The notes under the pieces: model-generated | The model's input: the letters and a program-made list of their open reading frames with translations, nothing else | What the model was told of the DNA's origin: nothing | Databases searched by the model: none | IMG/VR virus record: IMGVR_UViG_3300020735_000006 | Location: 35,950 to 99,949 of that record | DNA length: 64,000 nucleotides | Source: a virus | Taxonomy: Duplodnaviria > Heunggongvirae > Uroviricota > Caudoviricetes | Direction: 5' to 3' (one strand) | Part shown: positions 9,139-18,077 of the stretch, one piece after another | Numbering within the stretch: the stretch's first letter is position 1 | How the letters are laid out: every line of letters begins with the position of its first letter | Made by a program: the position numbers and the translations under genes

Positions 9139-9438
9139 ATGTCAAAGAAAAAACCCGAACCTATTAAACCAAGAACTACTTGGGGTCAGATGCTAACTAA
9201 AGAAGAATTGTTAGCACTACTAGATAGGATAGAGAAAAAACAACTAGCGAAAAAAGAAATGTCCGAAGAAGCCAAGAAGTCTAAGAATCCTTTTATCAAC
9301 GCCGCCAACGCCGCCAAGGCAGTAGCCGCAAATCCAAAAGTGCCCGGCACTACTACGGCACAAGTGCAAAAAGCTAAATCTACAGCTAAAGTCACTACAA
9401 ACAAACCAGCAAAAAAATCAGCAGGACGTGGTCGTTGA
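9139..9438 (+). CDS. Lys/Ala-rich histone H1-like basic protein
   Basis: 99 aa. C-terminal AKAVAANPKVPGTTTAQVQKAKSTAKVTTNKPAKKSAGRGR is low-complexity KA-rich, as in H1/AlgP-like nucleoid proteins. Confidence 0.5.
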   Translation: MSKKKPEPIKPRTTWGQMLTKEELLALLDRIEKKQLAKKEMSEEAKKSKNPFINAANAAKAVAANPKVPGTTTAQVQKAKSTAKVTTNKPAKKSAGRGR

Positions 9439-9866
9439 AGCCAAAGTTAGCACAAGCCTATATGGACACAGCAAAGATATTTGCTGAACTTAGCCATGCT
9501 AAAAGACTCCATGTGGGTGCTATTATAGTCAAAGATGATCGCATTATATCAATTGGCTACAATGGTATGCCCACGGGTTGGGATAACAACTGCGAAGATG
9601 TTATCCAACATTCCGACGATACAACCACACTAAAAACTAAACCAGAGGTATTGCATGCCGAAACCAACGCCATTGCGAAACTGGCAAAATCAAACGAAAG
9701 TGGGCTTGATGCTAGTTTATTTGTCACTCACGCTCCTTGTATGGATTGTGCCAAACTTATATATCAAAGTGGCATTTCTACTGTTTACTATCGTAATAGT
9801 TATCGTGAGTCTACAGGACTTGATTTCCTTACCAAATCTGGAGTAGAAGTAATTAATTTAGGCTAA
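9435..9866 (+). CDS. cd: dCMP deaminase
   Basis: HAETNAI and PCMDCAKLI are the zinc-binding HAE / PCxxC motifs of the CMP/dCMP deaminase family. ATGA overlap with the previous ORF. Confidence 0.8.
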   Translation: MKPKLAQAYMDTAKIFAELSHAKRLHVGAIIVKDDRIISIGYNGMPTGWDNNCEDVIQHSDDTTTLKTKPEVLHAETNAIAKLAKSNESGLDASLFVTHAPCMDCAKLIYQSGISTVYYRNSYRESTGLDFLTKSGVEVINLG

Positions 9867-9887
9867 TTTCTTGGACTAAATAAACTT

Positions 9888-9925
9888 GACTTACGCTTCC
9901 GGCGTATGTTATTATCAACCTAATA
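9888..9925 (+). promoter_or_regulatory. Putative sigma70-type promoter for the porin gene
   Basis: TTGACT followed ~17 bp later by TATGTTATTAT. Confidence 0.3.
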
Positions 9926-9971
9926 GTAATAAACTATTATCGTAGTACAATAATCAAAAAGGAGAAGTAAC

Positions 9972-11141
9972 ATGAAAAAGCTAATTTTAGCTATATTAGC
10001 AGTAACTGGATTTGGTGTAGCACAAGCCCAATCGAGCGTGACCGTATACGGCATCTTGGATGTTGGATACATTGGAAGTAACTACAAGGGAACTGGTACT
10101 TCGGCTACGTCGAAACAAACTACTAGTGCAATTGGCAATAACGGTGAATCTACTTCACGTTTAGGTTTCAAAGGCCAAGAAGATTTAGGTGGCGGAACTT
10201 CTGCTCTCTTTACCTTTGAAACTGGAATCAATCCGGCAGATAGTACATTATCTACATTTAATACACGTCAAGCATTTGTCGGTATTAAACAATCTGGATT
10301 AGGTCAAGTATTAGTAGGTACACAAAATACACCAATCTTTAATGCTGTTCAAATTACCGATCCGGGTAATGCAAACAACATGCTTGGTAATGCTATCTAT
10401 TCCACAAGCCCACAAGCCAACGGCAACGCTGGTACTGCACCGTATGCTGGTACTAGTTCAAGTGCTGGCGCAAGTGATGCATTTACATTGCGTACTTCGA
10501 ACGCAGTTAGTGTAACTTCGGAAAAGTTTGCTGGATTTAGCGGCACAGGTTTGTTAACTCAAAATAATCAAAATAATACACAAACAAGTCCTACCGAAGG
10601 TGGTCAAAATAACCACAGTGGTTGGGGCCTTGGCGTAAATTACGAGTGGCAAAAATTGTATTTGACAGCTAACTATCAAGCTCTTAAGAGTTTACAGTCG
10701 GCGGCTACTTTAACTAGTCCAACTCCAGCTATCTGGAATACAACTAGTGGTGGTACAAATACACAAGACAATCAAACATACGTTGCTGCAACATATGACT
10801 TTGGTATCTTGAAAGCCTATGCTCAATATGTAAACCGCAAGGCTACTGATACATTGAACACAGGTTACTATGCTCAACGTAAAGCTGAACAAATTGGTGT
10901 ACGTGGTTTTATTACTCCAACTATTGAAGCTTGGGTATCTGGCGGTTTAGGTAAAGTAACAGCGTTTGGCCAAGGTCAACCGTCTGCTAATTTCACCGCA
11001 TATCAGTTAGGAAGCAATTACTATCTAAGCAAGCGTACAAACTTGTATGCAATCTTTGGTTCAACACAAACTGCAAGTACATCAACTAATAGTGGTGTAT
11101 CTGGTAACAGTTATGGTTTAGGTGTACGTCATACGTTCTAA
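9972..11141 (+). CDS. Outer-membrane porin (Gram-negative general porin family)
   Basis: Signal peptide MKKLILAILAVTGFGVAQAQ. N-terminal SVTVYGILDVGY. Gly/Thr/Ser/Asn-rich beta-strand composition. C-terminal Phe (…GVRHTF). Confidence 0.7.
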   Translation: MKKLILAILAVTGFGVAQAQSSVTVYGILDVGYIGSNYKGTGTSATSKQTTSAIGNNGESTSRLGFKGQEDLGGGTSALFTFETGINPADSTLSTFNTRQAFVGIKQSGLGQVLVGTQNTPIFNAVQITDPGNANNMLGNAIYSTSPQANGNAGTAPYAGTSSSAGASDAFTLRTSNAVSVTSEKFAGFSGTGLLTQNNQNNTQTSPTEGGQNNHSGWGLGVNYEWQKLYLTANYQALKSLQSAATLTSPTPAIWNTTSGGTNTQDNQTYVAATYDFGILKAYAQYVNRKATDTLNTGYYAQRKAEQIGVRGFITPTIEAWVSGGLGKVTAFGQGQPSANFTAYQLGSNYYLSKRTNLYAIFGSTQTASTSTNSGVSGNSYGLGVRHTF

Positions 11142-11161
11142 TTAATTAATTAGAGTTCAAC

Positions 11162-11190
11162 AAAGGGGCTTAGGCCCTTTTGTTTTTTTA
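11162..11190 (+). terminator. Rho-independent terminator
   Basis: AAAGGG-GCTTAGG-CCCTTT hairpin followed by TGTTTTTTT. Confidence 0.7.
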
Positions 11191-11201
11191 AAGGATAAGA
11201 A

Positions 11202-11750
11202 ATGAAGAAATTATTATTAGTATTAGCATTAGTAGCATCATCTGCATTTGCGTCAGACAACTGGCAAAATGGTGATGGTACTTTAAATTGGAAAAACGGT
11301 GACGGCAAATTATGCTGGCGTGATAATTCATGGACTCCGGCCACAGCCGCACCAGGATGCGATGGATGGATTGCCCCTAAGGTAAACACAGTGACTTCCA
11401 CTAAGGTCACACTACAAGCCGACACATTGTTTAACTTTGATAAGTCAGTATTAAAGCCAGAAGGTTTTGCTGTTTTGGATAACCTGGTCGGGCAAGTAAG
11501 TGGCGTTAAAGTAGAAGTAATCGTTGCAGTTGGTAATACTGACAGTATTGGTACCGATGCTTATAACCAAGCACTTGGTCAACGTCGGGCTAATGCGGTG
11601 AAGGTATACTTAGTTAGCGAAGGTTTACCTGCTGACAAGATCTACACCGAATCAAAAGGCAAATCTAATCCTGTAGCAAGTAACGCTACAGCAGAAGGTC
11701 GTAGCCAAAACCGCCGTGTTGATATTGAAGTAGTTGGTACACAAAAGTAA
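11202..11750 (+). CDS. OmpA-family protein (C-terminal peptidoglycan-binding OmpA domain)
   Basis: Signal peptide. N-terminal NWQNGDG/NWKNGDG repeat. C-terminal NFDKSVLKPEG…GNTDSIGTDAYNQALGQRRANAVKVYL…NRRVDIEV is an OmpA_C-like signature. Confidence 0.8.
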   Translation: MKKLLLVLALVASSAFASDNWQNGDGTLNWKNGDGKLCWRDNSWTPATAAPGCDGWIAPKVNTVTSTKVTLQADTLFNFDKSVLKPEGFAVLDNLVGQVSGVKVEVIVAVGNTDSIGTDAYNQALGQRRANAVKVYLVSEGLPADKIYTESKGKSNPVASNATAEGRSQNRRVDIEVVGTQK

Positions 11751-11756
11751 CCAAAA

Positions 11757-11786
11757 TAAAAGCCCACTTAAAGTGGGCTTTTTGTT
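11757..11786 (+). terminator. Rho-independent terminator
   Basis: AGCCCACT-TAA-AGTGGGCT stem-loop plus TTTT. Confidence 0.7.
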
Positions 11787-11813
11787 GACTTTAATTTCTT
11801 GATATGTTATACT
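11785..11813 (+). promoter_or_regulatory. Sigma70-type promoter TTGACT-N17-TATACT
   Basis: Same architecture as the early-promoter family. Drives the small ORF at 11847. Confidence 0.5.
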
Positions 11814-11846
11814 AGCTACTAGTTAAACCCTAATTGGAGTAGTATA

Positions 11847-12008
11847 ATGTTTGAATCACTTGAAGTCCGTAAAGCGGCAAATGGTTTTATTTTAGTAGTA
11901 ACAACAGAAGAAGACGCTAAAGAGTTTGTTTATGATACTGAACGCAAATTGCTTCGTGTTATTAAAGCACACTTAGGCGAAAAGATTACAGCACAAGACG
12001 CTGATTAA
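11847..12008 (+). CDS. Small hypothetical protein (53 aa), not in the supplied ORF track
   Basis: ATG with RBS GGAG upstream and the promoter above. Translates MFESLEVRKAANGFILVVTTEEDAKEF… to TAA at 12006-12008. Confidence 0.4.
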   Translation: MFESLEVRKAANGFILVVTTEEDAKEFVYDTERKLLRVIKAHLGEKITAQDAD

Positions 12009-12808
12009 TATAATGCAAGCCCGGCATTCAATCCTTTAAGCGTTAAGTTTAATGATTGAATACGGGTTGTATCACCTGTAAAGTTGTTCGGACTTACAGC
12101 ATCAACAATAACCTCAGTAGTTAATCCGTGACTGTCTAAAAAGTTACGTGCTAATTCACTGAGCTTATACTTCTCGGGATATGCAATATTAATATCATCC
12201 CATTCAATTCCTTGAATTACCGCATCCATAACAGTAGGAATATCCTCTAGGTTAATGTAGTCAAAATAATGATCTTGAAAAATATGTATTGGCTTTTCTG
12301 CAAGATATAGTCTACGGAAGAAGCGTACAGGTTTTTCAGTATGATGGAATACACCAAAGAATCGTAAGTTAGTAAAGTTTTTGGTAGTCTTGCAAGTACG
12401 GGCCACAATGTTCTTAGCGTATGCGTAACTAGCCATGGGCATACGATCAAACAATAGTTCTTCTGATGCACAATCGATGTTCTGCGTAGTATCAAACTCG
12501 TTACCTGTACCAGCATTAATAAACTGACCAAACTTGTGTCTATTGCGCCATATATTCATGAACATGGCAAGGTTTTGTTGTTCTTCTTCGTGGTTTATGC
12601 CGTATATATTGTCTCTACCGGCTAGGGCAGTATGTATAACAATATCAATTTTATATGTGTCGAAAAAGCGACTAACACGATCTAAATTAGTCAATTCTAA
12701 TTCACTGTGACTAGGCGCTAATACGTTATAGTCTCGAGAGTAATATTCTTTAAGGTAGCTACCTACAAAGCCGTTGCCACCTGTGATGAAGATTGTCTGT
12801 TTACTCAT
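12005..12808 (-). CDS. NAD(P)-dependent sugar epimerase/reductase (short-chain dehydrogenase family)
   Basis: N-terminal IFITGGNGFVGSYL Rossmann GxxGxxG motif. Sits in the sugar cluster. Confidence 0.6.
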   Translation of the reverse strand: MSKQTIFITGGNGFVGSYLKEYYSRDYNVLAPSHSELELTNLDRVSRFFDTYKIDIVIHTALAGRDNIYGINHEEEQQNLAMFMNIWRNRHKFGQFINAGTGNEFDTTQNIDCASEELLFDRMPMASYAYAKNIVARTCKTTKNFTNLRFFGVFHHTEKPVRFFRRLYLAEKPIHIFQDHYFDYINLEDIPTVMDAVIQGIEWDDINIAYPEKYKLSELARNFLDSHGLTTEVIVDAVSPNNFTGDTTRIQSLNLTLKGLNAGLALY

Positions 12809-13470
12809 ATGCGATTTTTAGCCATTTCTTTTGCACGTGGAATACGTACATGATCATATAAGCCGGGCCAGTGTATAATCCAATCGCCTGGTTCCCATGT
12901 ACCGCGATTACCAAACATATCTTTACTAGTATCACAATAGTCGTATACAGCAGTTTCGTAACTGTTTAATTGATTCTGTGGTACAATCTTAACTATATCT
13001 AAGTTATCTTCGATGGTGTTAATCATAACCCATTGTTCAGTCCACGGATGATCTCGATAAAATGGTTCATCCTTGTGGCTTAAAATCATTTCAAAGTATG
13101 CACGGCCTTCTGGGCTATTACGTACTAGGAAGTTTCCTGCATTTAAGTTTAACCGGTCACTAGCAATAATAAAGTGATAATCATTATCAATGCGATCTTC
13201 AATTTTAATATTACTGTTAGTAATCATTGCATCGCACTCGCTAAACAATAGCCATTCAATTTCTGGATGCTTTTTAAAAATATCTAATACTACATACATC
13301 TTATTAAAGTTCATATAAGGACTATATGGTTCTGTCTTTAATGTAAATGAATCTTCCTTGCACGGGAAGAATAAGTATCCGTGTTTATCACAATACTCTT
13401 GCTTACTTGCATCTGTTAAGTCTGCAAACTCTTTAATGTTTTCGGTGCTCATACTAGCAACTGCGTACAT
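12805..13470 (-). CDS. Hypothetical protein, possible nucleotide-diphospho-sugar transferase
   Basis: 221 aa. Overlaps neighbouring genes by 4 nt. No firm motif. Confidence 0.35.
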   Translation of the reverse strand: MYAVASMSTENIKEFADLTDASKQEYCDKHGYLFFPCKEDSFTLKTEPYSPYMNFNKMYVVLDIFKKHPEIEWLLFSECDAMITNSNIKIEDRIDNDYHFIIASDRLNLNAGNFLVRNSPEGRAYFEMILSHKDEPFYRDHPWTEQWVMINTIEDNLDIVKIVPQNQLNSYETAVYDYCDTSKDMFGNRGTWEPGDWIIHWPGLYDHVRIPRAKEMAKNRI

Positions 13471-13471
13471 A

Positions 13472-14374
13472 TTAAATAATCTTTCTAAAGTATTCTATAG
13501 TATTTTGTAGACCTTGATTGAGATCTACTTGTGGTTCCCAACCAGTTGCTTGTTTAATTAAAGATAAGTTTGGAACAGGCTGTGTAGGTTCAACTACATT
13601 AGTACCAGTAAATGTAACAGAACTTGCAGAATTTGTCAATGATACTATACGGGTAGCTAACTCTTTAATAGTAAGTGTTTCTGGGTTACCCACATCAACT
13701 GGAGTTGTAAAATCATCCTCTGTGGCCATTAACCCTATTAGGGCATCTACTGTATCTGTAGCATAGCAAAAGTTTCTATACTGTTCGCCGTTACCATTAA
13801 TTGATATAGGTTCGTTACGTAAAGCCTGTACAATAAAGTTTACAATAGCACGGCCATCATTGACTTGTAAGTTTGGCCCATAGGTATTAAACAGTCTGGC
13901 TACCTTAGTGCGTACACCGTGTTGGGCATTATAAGAATAGAATAGAGTTTCTACTGCTTGCTTGCCACCTAAATAACAATGTCTAGGATTGAATACATTC
14001 TTGTTTGGCTCAAAAGTAACCGAACCATATACTTCTGCGGTACTAGTTTGTAGTATACGAGCATTGTATCGTTTTGCCAACTCTAATAAGTTTATTGCAC
14101 CCAATATGTTACTGCGAATAGTGTCTGTAGGTTCAAGTTGATAACGTTTTGGACTTGCAGGACTTGCTAAGTTATAAATTTCGTCTACTTCTAAATCCAA
14201 TGGTTCTTGTATATTATGGGTGATGAGTTTAAGTTGTTCACTTTTGTGTACATTACTTTGACTACCTGTGGAAAAGTTATCAAGACAATATACCATATTA
14301 CCTTGCGATAATAGTTTTTGAATTAAATGACTACCTAGGAATCCAGCACCACCAGTTATTAGAATTTTTTTCAT
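13472..14374 (-). CDS. UDP-glucuronate decarboxylase (UXS)-like NAD-dependent dehydratase
   Basis: KILITGGAGFLGSHLIQKLL…VYCLDNFSTGSQSNV closely resembles the UXS / dTDP-glucose dehydratase N-terminus. Confidence 0.65.
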   Translation of the reverse strand: MKKILITGGAGFLGSHLIQKLLSQGNMVYCLDNFSTGSQSNVHKSEQLKLITHNIQEPLDLEVDEIYNLASPASPKRYQLEPTDTIRSNILGAINLLELAKRYNARILQTSTAEVYGSVTFEPNKNVFNPRHCYLGGKQAVETLFYSYNAQHGVRTKVARLFNTYGPNLQVNDGRAIVNFIVQALRNEPISINGNGEQYRNFCYATDTVDALIGLMATEDDFTTPVDVGNPETLTIKELATRIVSLTNSASSVTFTGTNVVEPTQPVPNLSLIKQATGWEPQVDLNQGLQNTIEYFRKII

Positions 14375-14423
14375 TGATATATAAAATTTGACAGCTAGGT
14401 ATTTATGTGCTTAAATACGATAT

Positions 14424-15287
14424 ATGAAAATTTATGACTGTTTCACATTCTATAACGAGCTAGACCTACTTGAACTAAGATTAACAGAATTATACGACGT
14501 TGTCGACCACTTTGTTTTAGTAGAAGCTGACACTACATATACTAGTAAACCAAAGCCATTTTATTACGAAGATAATCAAGCTCGTTACGCTAAATGGGCT
14601 GACAAGATTATCCATATTAAAGTCGAAGATATGCCACATGATCTAGATGCATGGGTCAATGATATATACCAACGCAACCAAATTGCTCGTGGCATTGCAG
14701 ACGCAGATGACAATGACTTAATTATGGTTTGTGACTTAGATGAGATTGTACGCAGAGAAGCAGTAGAGTGTATGCGTAACAGTTCACAAGACTTATTTGC
14801 TATACGTATGGCCTTGTTTAACTTTAAGTTTAATTATATGCGTACAGCACCAGATCCATATCAAATTTGGGGCATGGCCGGACGTCGGCATTTGTTTAAT
14901 GATATCCAGCCCGATCCATTTAGACAACTACGTTTTCAGTTTATGGCAGCACCGTATAAGTTTAGTAACGACGGTTGCGAAGTTATCGAACACGGTGGCT
15001 GGCATTTTGGTTACATGGGCGATAATGAGTGGTTAAAGAATAAAGCTCAAAGTTTTGCACACACAGAAAGCGATACTCCAGAGTTCTTAGCACACATTGA
15101 CATTGATAAGTCCATAGCCGAACGTAAAGAGTGGAACCGTGCTAGTCCAAATGAGTATAAGATTGTCGAAATCAATGATTATTTCCCTCGGTCCTTGTTA
15201 GCTAACTTGGACAAGTATCAAAAGAACATACTTGACAATGCCGAAGCAAACATATATAATCTATTACCACCGTATCCATATCAATGA
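14424..15287 (+). CDS. Glycosyltransferase, GT17-like
   Basis: N-terminus MKIYDCFTFYNELDLLELRL is characteristic of bacterial GT17-family proteins. Confidence 0.45.
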   Translation: MKIYDCFTFYNELDLLELRLTELYDVVDHFVLVEADTTYTSKPKPFYYEDNQARYAKWADKIIHIKVEDMPHDLDAWVNDIYQRNQIARGIADADDNDLIMVCDLDEIVRREAVECMRNSSQDLFAIRMALFNFKFNYMRTAPDPYQIWGMAGRRHLFNDIQPDPFRQLRFQFMAAPYKFSNDGCEVIEHGGWHFGYMGDNEWLKNKAQSFAHTESDTPEFLAHIDIDKSIAERKEWNRASPNEYKIVEINDYFPRSLLANLDKYQKNILDNAEANIYNLLPPYPYQ

Positions 15288-16006
15288 ACATAATTATTCC
15301 AATGGCAGGGCGAGGTAGTCGCTTTGCTGAAAAACAAATCCTGACGCCCAAGCCATTACTTGATGTAAACGGACGTACTATGATTGAACGTGCCATTGAA
15401 AGTTTAGATTTGTATGGTACTTGGCACTTTGTTATACGTGATGATGAACATCGTGAACGTGTACAAGCAATGATTGAAACAATCAAACCTGGTAGTAAGT
15501 TTATTGCAATTGATTATGTTACCGAAGGTCCTGCTAGTAGCGGATTGTTATTTAAAGATCAGATTAATAACGATGAAGAACTTGTTATTGCTAACTGTGA
15601 TCAAATCATGGAATGGACTAGCAGTAGATTCCTGGACTATGTCCGCCACTATGATGGTGCAGTAGTTACATACCATGCACATACAGATAAAAACAGTTAT
15701 GCTCGAGTAAACAAAGAAGGCCTTGTACAAGAAATCCGTGAGAAGCAAGTAATAAGCAACATCAGTCTTAACGGTATTCACTATTGGCGAGAAGGCCGCA
15801 TGTTTGTTGATAGTGCAGAAGCAATGATAGCCACCAATGATCGTGCACCTAATGGAGAGTTCTACATTGGACCTAGTTATAATCATATGATCGCAACAGG
15901 ATTAACTGTGGGCATTTACCACATACCTAACCAGTTTCATCATCCAGTTGGTGTTCCCGACGACTTAGACAAATTTATAAGATATGAAAACAGCAAAACT
16001 TTCTGA
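15284..16006 (+). CDS. Sugar-phosphate nucleotidyltransferase
   Basis: IIPMAGRGSRF matches the G-x-G-[ST]-R signature of the NTP_transferase family. 4-nt overlap with the upstream gene. Confidence 0.7.
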   Translation: MNIIIPMAGRGSRFAEKQILTPKPLLDVNGRTMIERAIESLDLYGTWHFVIRDDEHRERVQAMIETIKPGSKFIAIDYVTEGPASSGLLFKDQINNDEELVIANCDQIMEWTSSRFLDYVRHYDGAVVTYHAHTDKNSYARVNKEGLVQEIREKQVISNISLNGIHYWREGRMFVDSAEAMIATNDRAPNGEFYIGPSYNHMIATGLTVGIYHIPNQFHHPVGVPDDLDKFIRYENSKTF

Positions 16007-16310
16007 CATGACACGTGGATGGTTCATCGGCGACTTTGAACCTAGTGTAATGCGTACTCCTTTGTTTGAAGTGGGCGTACTTACACACTTAAAGGGCGAA
16101 GTTTGGCCCGCACACTATCACAAACATGCTACAGAATACAATGTATTATTATCAGGAAGTATGCGTATTGCCGGAGAAGTTATTAGCGTAGGCGATATCT
16201 TTTGGTTTGAGCCCGAGGATGTTGCTGATCCAGAATTTTTAGAAGATTGTAAAGTCTTGTGCGTTAAACGCCCGAGTATAATTGGAGACAAGTATGAAGT
16301 TTTACCGTAA
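15984..16310 (+). CDS. Cupin-domain protein (possible NDP-sugar isomerase/epimerase)
   Basis: HYHKHATEYNVLLSG fits cupin motif 1, G(x)5HxH(x)3-4E(x)6G. Confidence 0.5.
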   Translation: MKTAKLSDMTRGWFIGDFEPSVMRTPLFEVGVLTHLKGEVWPAHYHKHATEYNVLLSGSMRIAGEVISVGDIFWFEPEDVADPEFLEDCKVLCVKRPSIIGDKYEVLP

Positions 16311-17487
16311 CCGTAGTGAAATAGATCCGAACAAATATCTTGTTGCTACTTATGCAATGACGAGTAGCACAAGTCTTGACGATGCTGCTTGGAACTTAGC
16401 TATCGGACAAAGTGTAGGTAATCCTAATGTACGCAACGAGTGGGAAACAGATGAACTGTTTGAAAATCACAGTTGTATTATACTTGCAGACAAAGCAGAG
16501 TTAGCACAAACAAAAGCAGGTACAGTTGAAATTGCGTTCCCTGTGGCAAACACAGATTGGGAATCAGATGGTATTAATCATTTAATTTGTCAGTTAATGG
16601 GTGGACATGTAGACATTGATTGTGTAACAGGATGTAGACTAATTAAACTAGAACTTCCGGAAACTGTAACTAAGCACTTCCTAGGTCCTAAGTTCGGTCT
16701 TACAGGAATTCGAGAATTTACAGGTCAATACAACAAGCCCCTGTTTGGTAGCATTGTTAAACCTAAAATTGGCATTACACCAGAAGTAATGTTAGAGATG
16801 GTTAAACAAATGGTTGACGGTGGTGCCGACTTTATCAAAGAAGATGAGATTATGTCAAACCCTGCGTGTGCTCCATTAGAACGCAGAGTAGAATTAGTTG
16901 CCAACTACCTAGCTAAACAAAGCCGTAAGGTTGTGTTTTGCCATACTATTAACTGTGATCCACATGTATTAGTTGAACGTGTTAAGCGTGTAGCAGAACT
17001 AGGTGGTAATGGAGTACATACAAACGTATTTTCAGGATTAGGTACTTACAACTCTATTCGTAAATTAGACTTGCCACTGTTCTTACACTTCCAGAAGTCT
17101 GGCGACAAACTAATGACTGATGCCAAACATCGTTTTAGTATTGCTTGGCCTGTTGTATGCCAACTTGCTACCTTAATGGGTGTTGACACAATCCAAACAG
17201 GTATGATGGGCGGATATAGTAATGACGATCCTGCAGAGTTAGCAGAAAGCATTAAGGTGTTACGTGAAGGTAATACATTGCCTGTATTAAGCTGTGGATT
17301 CCATCCTGGACTGGTAGAAAAGATTACAGCATTAGCTGGCAATGATTATATGGCCAATGTAGGCGGAGCAGTACACGGGCATCCAGGCGGTACAGTTGCA
17401 GGTGCACGTGCTATGCGTCAAGCAATTGACAAGACTTATGGTCCAGAATATGATGAAGCAATCGCAAAATGGGGATTAGTAAAATGA
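16282..17487 (+). CDS. RuBisCO large-subunit-like protein (form IV RLP)
   Basis: VKPKIGIT aligns with KPKLGLS. GGADFIKEDE aligns with GGLDFTKDDE. LPVLSCGFH…GGAVHGHPGG aligns with LPVASGGIH…GGGTLGHPWG. The HIHRA motif is replaced by HFQKS. Confidence 0.75.
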   Translation: METSMKFYRNRSEIDPNKYLVATYAMTSSTSLDDAAWNLAIGQSVGNPNVRNEWETDELFENHSCIILADKAELAQTKAGTVEIAFPVANTDWESDGINHLICQLMGGHVDIDCVTGCRLIKLELPETVTKHFLGPKFGLTGIREFTGQYNKPLFGSIVKPKIGITPEVMLEMVKQMVDGGADFIKEDEIMSNPACAPLERRVELVANYLAKQSRKVVFCHTINCDPHVLVERVKRVAELGGNGVHTNVFSGLGTYNSIRKLDLPLFLHFQKSGDKLMTDAKHRFSIAWPVVCQLATLMGVDTIQTGMMGGYSNDDPAELAESIKVLREGNTLPVLSCGFHPGLVEKITALAGNDYMANVGGAVHGHPGGTVAGARAMRQAIDKTYGPEYDEAIAKWGLVK

Positions 17488-18077
17488 GATGGGAACAAGA
17501 TTTAGTAACAGATATTAGAACAGGCGATGCGGAATTAGATGACCAAGACGGTCCGTTTAGTTTAGAAGGACGTAACTGGAGTGATATCAATGAACTTGCA
17601 GGTGTTGCACTTGCTAAAGAAAAGTTTTTAACTATTTGTGCCAATACAAAATCGATTCTTGAGATCGGAGTGAATCAATTTGGATTTACTAAGACTTGGC
17701 TAGATAATAAAAATAAAGATACAACCTATGTTGGTATCGATGTTGGCGATCGTAGTCATTTAAACAATCCCGATAATCTAGTTTGGACTATTCACGACAC
17801 TAGCAGTAACTATGATAGCAACGTTGCTAAGTTTAATAGCTTTGGCATTACACAATTTGATTTTATCTACATTGATGGATGGCATAGTATTAATCAAGTA
17901 CTAGCAGACTGGGAATATACTAATTTATTAGCACCTGGTGGATTAGTAGGATTCCACGATACTAACTATCATCCTGGTCCTAAGTTATTTACGCTGGCAC
18001 TAGATAGAACTAATTGGGAAGTAGAAGATATTAGCCCTAAAAATGATTGGGGTGTAGTGTTCGCAAGGAAACTATGA
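17469..18077 (+). CDS. Class I SAM-dependent methyltransferase (Methyltransf_24/CmcI-like O-methyltransferase)
   Basis: ILEIGVNQFG is motif I. DFIYIDGWHS resembles the DxxFIDGDH block of this family. Confidence 0.5.
   Translation: MGISKMRWEQDLVTDIRTGDAELDDQDGPFSLEGRNWSDINELAGVALAKEKFLTICANTKSILEIGVNQFGFTKTWLDNKNKDTTYVGIDVGDRSHLNNPDNLVWTIHDTSSNYDSNVAKFNSFGITQFDFIYIDGWHSINQVLADWEYTNLLAPGGLVGFHDTNYHPGPKLFTLALDRTNWEVEDISPKNDWGVVFARKL

Noticed and set aside
16282-17487. Possibility that the RuBisCO-like ORF is a genuine CO2-fixing RuBisCO
   Set aside because: The HIHRA catalytic block is replaced and no small subunit or phosphoribulokinase gene is nearby. The context is a sugar-nucleotide operon, so it fits a form IV RLP.
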